Shown: positions 26,628 to 32,000 of the stretch, one piece after another
Layout: the number at the start of each line of letters is the position of its first letter
How positions within the stretch are numbered: the stretch's first letter is position 1
Source of the DNA: Methanobacterium sp.
GTDB taxonomy: Archaea > Methanobacteriota > Methanobacteria > Methanobacteriales > Methanobacteriaceae
DNA: 32,000 nucleotides
NCBI GenBank assembly: GCA_019084405.1
Contig: JAHRFX010000006.1
Location: forward strand, 19,213-51,212
Direction: 5' to 3'
Notes under the pieces: generated by a model
Seen by the model: the letters and a program-made list of their open reading frames with translations, nothing else
Database searches by the model: none
Told to the model about the DNA's origin: nothing
Position numbers and translations under genes: made by a program

Positions 26628-26670
26628 TTAAGGCCCTTAGATACAGGGCCTTAAATTTCTTTTTTTTATT
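26628..26670 (+). terminator. hcp terminator
   Basis: TTAAGGCCC-TTAGATACA-GGGCCTTAA followed by ATTTCTTTTTTTTATT. Confidence 0.65.
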
Positions 26671-26679
26671 ATGTAAATG

Positions 26680-26707
26680 TGATCAACTTCTGTTTTGCAC
26701 TTGATCA
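26680..26707. promoter_or_regulatory. Inverted repeat TGATCAA-N14-TTGATCA upstream of cupin/NapH-like genes
   Basis: Perfect 7-bp arms, 32-59 nt upstream of ATG 26739. Confidence 0.35.
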
Positions 26708-26738
26708 TTAACATTGAATCAGACAAGGAATGATTTAA

Positions 26739-27077
26739 ATGAAAGTCTTGGAACTGGAAAAGGTAGCTATATCAGATACACCTCATAAGGTGGATGTACG
26801 TAAATTATATGATACTGAAAATGCAGTGGCAGTACATATTACTCTAAAGCCAGGTGAATCACTAAAAAGACATATAACTCCCGTGGATGTTTTTTTCTAT
26901 GTCCTGGAAGGTAAGGGAATTGTGGAAATTGGAGAGGAAAAAAAAGAAGTTGGAAAAGACTGCTTAATTGAGAGTCCGGCCAACATACTCCACTGCTGGT
27001 ATAATGAAAGTCAGAAAGATCTTAGATTTCTAGTAGTAAAAGTCCCTCGACCAGTGAAAGACACGAGGATTATCTAA
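26739..27077 (+). CDS. Small cupin-domain protein
   Basis: TLKPGESLKRHITPVDVFFYVLEGKGIVEIGEEKKEVGKDCLIESPANILHCWYN: cupin motifs 1 and 2. Confidence 0.8.
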   Translation: MKVLELEKVAISDTPHKVDVRKLYDTENAVAVHITLKPGESLKRHITPVDVFFYVLEGKGIVEIGEEKKEVGKDCLIESPANILHCWYNESQKDLRFLVVKVPRPVKDTRII

Positions 27078-27087
27078 AGGTCTTTTA

Positions 27088-27867
27088 ATGAAATTCAAAT
27101 TAAAGTCTATAAAAAGAAAAATAGGTTTTCGCGGTCCAATCATGTTGATATTGGTACTGCTACTTCCTATTTTAATAATTATTTATTCCCCAGTGAAAAT
27201 TATTATGGGTTCATTGAATGGATTGATGACATTTAGTTCTGTGGTTTTCCTTTTATGGATGATATCGGCATTATTTATAGGTCGAGGAGGATCATGTGGT
27301 TATCTATGTCCTTACGGAGCATTATCAGAAGTAATGGGGGGATGGTTAATGAATAAAAAAGCCCGCTCCCCTCTTGCATCAAAAATTAAATATTTATCTT
27401 TTGCAGGTTTTTTAGCGCTAATAATATATTCAAGAAGAGTAATTGAGGGTAATAATGGTTTTGATCCCTTTTTAATAAGTGATCAAGTTAATTTTTTAAA
27501 TATAAATAGTTATGGGATTATGCTTATGGTTATATCTTTTATGATGGTGGTCGGAATATCCAGCATAGCCGGAAATAGGGCATTTTGTCGTTATCTATGT
27601 CCACAGGCAATTTTTTTATATATTGCCCAGAAAGTTTCCAGAATAATTAAAATACCTTCTTTGAACTTAAAAGCAGACCCTGGAAAATGTGACAGTTGCC
27701 AGCGCTGTAATTGGGTCTGTCCCATGGGGCTAGAGATGATGGAACTGGTAAAAGAAATGGAAGATGAACATCTTATTAGTCATTCTGATTGTATATCTTG
27801 TGGTGATTGTATTCGGGACTGTAAAAAAGGTTCTATTAGATATTCCTTTGGTATTCCCCGAGGATAA
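27088..27867 (+). CDS. Membrane-bound 4Fe-4S protein, NapH/NosR/CcoG-like
   Basis: Several TM helices; CGYLCPYGALSE, CRYLCPQAIFLYIAQK, CDSCQRCNWVCPMG, CISCGDCIRDCKKG. Confidence 0.85.
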   Translation: MKFKLKSIKRKIGFRGPIMLILVLLLPILIIIYSPVKIIMGSLNGLMTFSSVVFLLWMISALFIGRGGSCGYLCPYGALSEVMGGWLMNKKARSPLASKIKYLSFAGFLALIIYSRRVIEGNNGFDPFLISDQVNFLNINSYGIMLMVISFMMVVGISSIAGNRAFCRYLCPQAIFLYIAQKVSRIIKIPSLNLKADPGKCDSCQRCNWVCPMGLEMMELVKEMEDEHLISHSDCISCGDCIRDCKKGSIRYSFGIPRG

Positions 27868-27972
27868 GTGAAGAAATACACTTTTAGTATAAATTTTATT
27901 CAATTTAAGATAATATGAAGATTGATATAGTCTAAGCAAGAAAAGATAATTAAGAATATTGTAGGTGATTAA

Positions 27973-28296
27973 ATGAAGGATGATTTAAAATCCAAAGTAT
28001 TGGCAATTGAAGAATTAATTGACTATCAACCCGGAGCGGTGGTTAGTAGGGAAATTATAAGAAAAGAAACAGGTACGGTGACCATTTTTGCCTTTGATAA
28101 AGGAGAGGGCTTAAGTGAACACACCGCCCCCTTTGATGCTATGGTACAGATTGTGGATGGAGAAGCAGAAATAACCATATCTGGTAAAAAGAATCTCCTT
28201 AAAAAAGGGGATATGATTATCATGCCTGCAAATGAACCCCATGCCCTGCATGCAGTAGAAAAATATAAGATGATTTTGACCATGATCCGGTCTTAA
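27973..28296 (+). CDS. Small cupin-domain protein
   Basis: FAFDKGEGLSEHTAPFDAMVQIVDGEAEITISGKKNLLKKGDMIIMPANEPHALHAVEKYKMILTMIRS. Confidence 0.9.
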   Translation: MKDDLKSKVLAIEELIDYQPGAVVSREIIRKETGTVTIFAFDKGEGLSEHTAPFDAMVQIVDGEAEITISGKKNLLKKGDMIIMPANEPHALHAVEKYKMILTMIRS

Positions 28297-28322
28297 AAAT
28301 TATAAAATTTATTTTTTTTGGA

Positions 28323-29585
28323 TTAAATTAATATAACCGCCGCTATACCTGCGGTAACAATAACTGCAAATAGGATCCCTACATTCCTGGCAAAATGGCG
28401 GGTTCCCAGTAAGAGTGCAATGGCAAATTTAACCGCGGTATTGGATATGGTGGCCAGGGTTATGGCTGTAACAGCAGTATCTGATGATAAAGTGGAACTT
28501 CGAGCTAAAAACGCCATGCTGATGGTAATGGCATCCACATCAGCCACCCCGGAAATTATACTGGCCAGATAAACACCCCTGCTACCCAGGTATATATTGG
28601 CAATTTTACTTAAAAATAAGATGGCAATAAATAAGGCTCCGAATATAAGGGCTGGTTTAAGGGTAAAGGGGTTATCCAGTTTGATTTTTGAATCAATTCC
28701 TTTAACTGTGGATCTGCGCCATACCAGCCAGCCCAGTAAAATACCCAGTACCCCCATTATGATCATAGGGGCGGCCAATGAAGGTGCCAGGGCAGGATTT
28801 ATTACCAGTACTTCAAAGAAAACCCTTAAAAACATCATAGAACTGGCCACCACCGTGGCGAAAACACCTGCCCTTAATAGATAAGGTGATTCTTTAACTC
28901 GGGCGGCCATGGCAGTTACCACCGCAGTGCTGGATACCAGTCCCCCGATAATCCCGGTAATCCCCAATCCCCGCTGGGGTCCCAGAAACCTCATGGCAAT
29001 ATATCCGGCATAGCTGATTCCAGATATAAATACCGCCATTAGCCAGGCCTGGTACGGGTTAAAAACATCCCAGGGTCCCAGGGTCTCATTGGGAAGCAGG
29101 GGCAAAATAACAAAGGCTATGATTAAAAATTTCAGGGTATCAATCATTTCCTTTTCACTGATTTTTTGGGCCAGTTTATGTAAAACTGGTTTTAACGCCA
29201 GTAAGGTGGTTACCACAATGGCCAGTACTACTGAGAGTGTGTATCCTTCCTCATAGTAGCATAAAGCCCCTAATATAAATGTTAATAATGCTGCCACCTC
29301 GGTGGTGAGACCTAAATCCTTGGTATCTTTTACAGTAAGCCAGTACCCCAGGCCAATCAATACTGAAAGTGCCATAAAGGCTACCAGGATAAAATAAGGA
29401 AATGATTCTGAGAGATAGGCAGAAAGGATACCCCAGAGTGCTATTAAAATAAAGGTTCTTACACCTGCAAATTCTGTTTTAGTGGATTTCCTTTCCCTTT
29501 CAATTCCAATTAATGCCCCTATGGCCAGGGCAGTAATAAATTTTATAAAAAGGAGAGCATCCATGTGTAAATATATAAGTTTCAA
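28323..29585 (-). CDS. MgtC/SapB-like family integral membrane protein with DUF4010-like C-terminal region
   Basis: FITALAIGALIGIERERK...FAGVRTFILIALWGILSAYL (MgtC-like) and GVADVDAITISMAFLA. Confidence 0.85.
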   Translation of the reverse strand: MKLIYLHMDALLFIKFITALAIGALIGIERERKSTKTEFAGVRTFILIALWGILSAYLSESFPYFILVAFMALSVLIGLGYWLTVKDTKDLGLTTEVAALLTFILGALCYYEEGYTLSVVLAIVVTTLLALKPVLHKLAQKISEKEMIDTLKFLIIAFVILPLLPNETLGPWDVFNPYQAWLMAVFISGISYAGYIAMRFLGPQRGLGITGIIGGLVSSTAVVTAMAARVKESPYLLRAGVFATVVASSMMFLRVFFEVLVINPALAPSLAAPMIIMGVLGILLGWLVWRRSTVKGIDSKIKLDNPFTLKPALIFGALFIAILFLSKIANIYLGSRGVYLASIISGVADVDAITISMAFLARSSTLSSDTAVTAITLATISNTAVKFAIALLLGTRHFARNVGILFAVIVTAGIAAVILI

Positions 29586-29759
29586 CTATTAAATAATATT
29601 CAAAAAGGATTATAAAAAGTAATATTAATTTCAAAGTAAAAAGTATTAAATATAAGATGGTGAGATAATAATCTGTAATGGACTTAAATTATAAAATATT
29701 ATATCCACCATTACTGGAATCTCCAATTACATTAATGATATTTAATCAGGGTGATTTAA

Positions 29760-31415
29760 ATGAGAAGTGATAATATTAAAAAAGGACTCCAAAGGGCCCC
29801 TCACCGATCCTTGTTAAGGGCCTGTGGTGTGGTTGATGAGGACATGGAAAAACCATTTATTGGAATAGCCAATAGTTTTACCGACATTGTCCCGGGGCAC
29901 ATCCACCTTAGAGAACTGGCTGAAGCAGTTAAAGGAGGTATAGACCAGGCCGGAGGTGTTGCATTTGAATTCAACACCATGGCCATCTGTGATGGTATTG
30001 CCATGAACCATGCCGGGATGCGTTTTTCACTGCCCTCCCGGGAAATAATTGCCGATACCGTGGAAAGTATGGCCCAGGCCCATAGCCTGGATGGTCTGGT
30101 ACTCTTACCTACCTGTGATAAAGTGGTGCCCGGGATGTTAATGGCTGCTGCCCGACTTGACATTCCCTGTATAGTGGTTACCGGAGGCCCCATGCTTCCT
30201 GGTAAATTCAAAGGAAAGTCAGTGGATCTCATCAATGTTTACGAGGGAGTGGGTGCGGTAACAGCAGGTAAGATGAGTCAGGAAGAATTGGATGAACTGG
30301 AACGTTGTGCCTGTCCTGGAGCCGGATCATGTGCTGGTTTATTTACCGCCAACACCATGGCCTGTCTAACTGAAGGTCTGGGAATGAGTCTGCCTGATTG
30401 TGCCACCACACACGCAGTGGATGCGCAAAAAATGAGGATAGCCCGATCTTCCGGGGCCCGGATTGTGGAAATGATTGCTGAAGACCTCACACCCTCAAAA
30501 ATAATGAATCAAACTGCTTTTGAAAATGCAGTGGCCCTGGACATGGCCTTAGGTGGTTCCAGTAACACTGCACTACATATACCTGCCATAGCCAGTGAAC
30601 TGGAGGATAAGGGAGTCAAAGTGGATCTATCCCTTTTTGATAAGATGAGTAAAAAAATACCCCACCTCACCCCTATTAGTCCTGCCGGTGAGCATATGAT
30701 TATCGACCTGCACCAGGCCGGAGGAATACCCGCTGTTTTAAAAGTGCTGGAAAGTAAACTGGACCTGGAAACCATCACCTGTACAGGTAAAACCCTCCAG
30801 GAAAATATTAAAACCGCAGAAGTTAGAGACGAAAGTGTTATAAGACCTTTAGATAATCCTTTCCATAGAGAAGGAGGTATTGCAGTTTTAAAAGGTAACC
30901 TGGCACCAGATGGATCTGTGGTAAAACAAGGTGCGGTTTCAGAAGATATGATGACCCATAGTGGACCTGCCCGAGTATTTGAATCAGAAGAAGATTGCGT
31001 GGAAGCCATATTCCAGGGAAAAATCAAAGAAGGCGACGTTATTGTTATCCGGTATGAAGGTCCCCGGGGTGGTCCTGGAATGAGAGAGATGTTGAATCCT
31101 ACTTCAGCCATATCTGGAATGGGGATTCAGTCCGTGGCCCTTATTACCGATGGCCGGTTTTCAGGAGGTACCAGGGGGCCGTGTATCGGGCATGTTTCTC
31201 CCGAGGCCATGGCCGATGGACCCCTGGCTGCAGTTAGAGAGGGAGACATGATACATATAGATATCCCTGCCAGACTGTTAGAAATAGAACTATCACCCCA
31301 AGAGATTGAAGATAGGATTGCATCCTCCCAAAAACCTCACCGGGAATTAAAGGGTTGGTTAGCACGATACCAGAAACTGGCCACCTCAGCTGACAAGGGA
31401 GCTATTTTAAGGTAA
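29760..31415 (+). CDS. ilvD: Dihydroxy-acid dehydratase
   Basis: [98 protein letters not shown]. Confidence 0.97.
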   Translation: MRSDNIKKGLQRAPHRSLLRACGVVDEDMEKPFIGIANSFTDIVPGHIHLRELAEAVKGGIDQAGGVAFEFNTMAICDGIAMNHAGMRFSLPSREIIADTVESMAQAHSLDGLVLLPTCDKVVPGMLMAAARLDIPCIVVTGGPMLPGKFKGKSVDLINVYEGVGAVTAGKMSQEELDELERCACPGAGSCAGLFTANTMACLTEGLGMSLPDCATTHAVDAQKMRIARSSGARIVEMIAEDLTPSKIMNQTAFENAVALDMALGGSSNTALHIPAIASELEDKGVKVDLSLFDKMSKKIPHLTPISPAGEHMIIDLHQAGGIPAVLKVLESKLDLETITCTGKTLQENIKTAEVRDESVIRPLDNPFHREGGIAVLKGNLAPDGSVVKQGAVSEDMMTHSGPARVFESEEDCVEAIFQGKIKEGDVIVIRYEGPRGGPGMREMLNPTSAISGMGIQSVALITDGRFSGGTRGPCIGHVSPEAMADGPLAAVREGDMIHIDIPARLLEIELSPQEIEDRIASSQKPHRELKGWLARYQKLATSADKGAILR

Positions 31416-31450
31416 TATTTACGGATCTAGAAGTCCAAAAAGGTGAATCA

Positions 31451-31876
31451 ATGAACATCAGCCGGGAAATAATCATTTATATAATCATAATAGTGGTGGG
31501 TATAATTGCCGCCCATCACATGAATGTAGTGGTATCCGGGAGCATGGAGCCGGTTTTCCACCGGGGAGACATCGTAATTATCCAGAAAACTAACTTCCTT
31601 GGAATCCAGGAATTTGATCCTGCACAACTAGATGTAGGGGAAATAGTGATTTATAATGCCACCTGGTTCCCTGAACCAGTTATACACCGTATAATAGATG
31701 TGAGAACCGATGCAGATGGGAGAAAATTTTATGTGACCCAGGGAGATAATAACCCCACCCCTGATCAGGGCCCGGTATATCCCGAACAGGTTAAATCCCG
31801 GGTGATAGCCATTGGTAATCAACCTGTATTCTTACCTAGAATCGGATACCTTACCCTGTGGATTAGAGGATTATGA
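31451..31876 (+). CDS. Signal peptidase I (S26B, archaeal type)
   Basis: [19 protein letters not shown] (catalytic Ser region) and [10 protein letters not shown]; TQGDNNP; N-terminal TM helix. Confidence 0.9.
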   Translation: MNISREIIIYIIIIVVGIIAAHHMNVVVSGSMEPVFHRGDIVIIQKTNFLGIQEFDPAQLDVGEIVIYNATWFPEPVIHRIIDVRTDADGRKFYVTQGDNNPTPDQGPVYPEQVKSRVIAIGNQPVFLPRIGYLTLWIRGL

Positions 31877-32000
31877 ATTTCTAATCCCCCTATTTATTTA
31901 TCACGCATTTTGCTACTGGTTTTAAAATTAATTTCAATTTTACAGATAATACTTTAAATTTTTATAATGTGAAACTATGTATTCGGAAATAGAAAAGGAA

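Noticed and set aside
29679-29758. Possible leader peptide/attenuator upstream of ilvD beginning at ATG 29679
   Set aside because: Careful translation gives MDLNYKIYIHHYWNLQLH*, not branched-chain amino acid rich, and no attenuator hairpin was seen.
29801-31111. Antisense ORFs opposite ilvD (29801..30235, 30278..30490, 30509..31111)
   Set aside because: Shadow ORFs of a highly conserved gene with no RBS or domain recognised.
1-32000. CRISPR array, tRNA/rRNA genes, transposase or integrase
   Set aside because: None seen on reading: no regularly spaced repeats, no tRNA cloverleaf with CCA-adjacent structure recognised, and no transposase/integrase domains in any ORF.

Overview
The window looks like a chromosomal segment of a methanogenic archaeon of the Methanobacteriales (Methanobacterium-like). 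Lineage markers are mtd, archaeal CODH/ACDS subunits CdhA and CdhB, archaeal-type ThrRS, a CfbB/CbiA-type amidotransferase and GGTGA-type ribosome binding sites. Most of it is ordinary housekeeping and methanogenesis content. No CRISPR array, rRNA, recognisable tRNA or transposon was seen. The main points worth a second look are: (1) a ParA-type ATPase operon whose small partner carries a ParB-like N-terminal LGxGLxALI motif and a possible ribbon-helix-helix C-terminus, with AT-rich palindromes upstream. A 23-nt stretch of these is repeated exactly about 17 kb away, so this is a candidate SegAB-like segregation/regulatory system. (2) A 1498-aa putative secreted, C-terminally anchored CobN-like protein. 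(3) A divergent cdhB / cdhA + CooF-like ferredoxin module with an intercistronic GC-rich hairpin. (4) A rubredoxin / hybrid-cluster protein / cupin / NapH-like / cupin redox cluster next to a TrmB regulator. (5) A ferredoxin gene upstream of hisB with no possible ATG/GTG/TTG start, plus a similar possible ATT start for the CobN-like gene. (6) A small lipoprotein gene broken by two compensating frameshifts, the first at a T8 tract. Two short genes absent from the ORF track, a rubredoxin and the ferredoxin, were recovered by reading the sequence. All family assignments come from recognition of sequence motifs, not from database searches.
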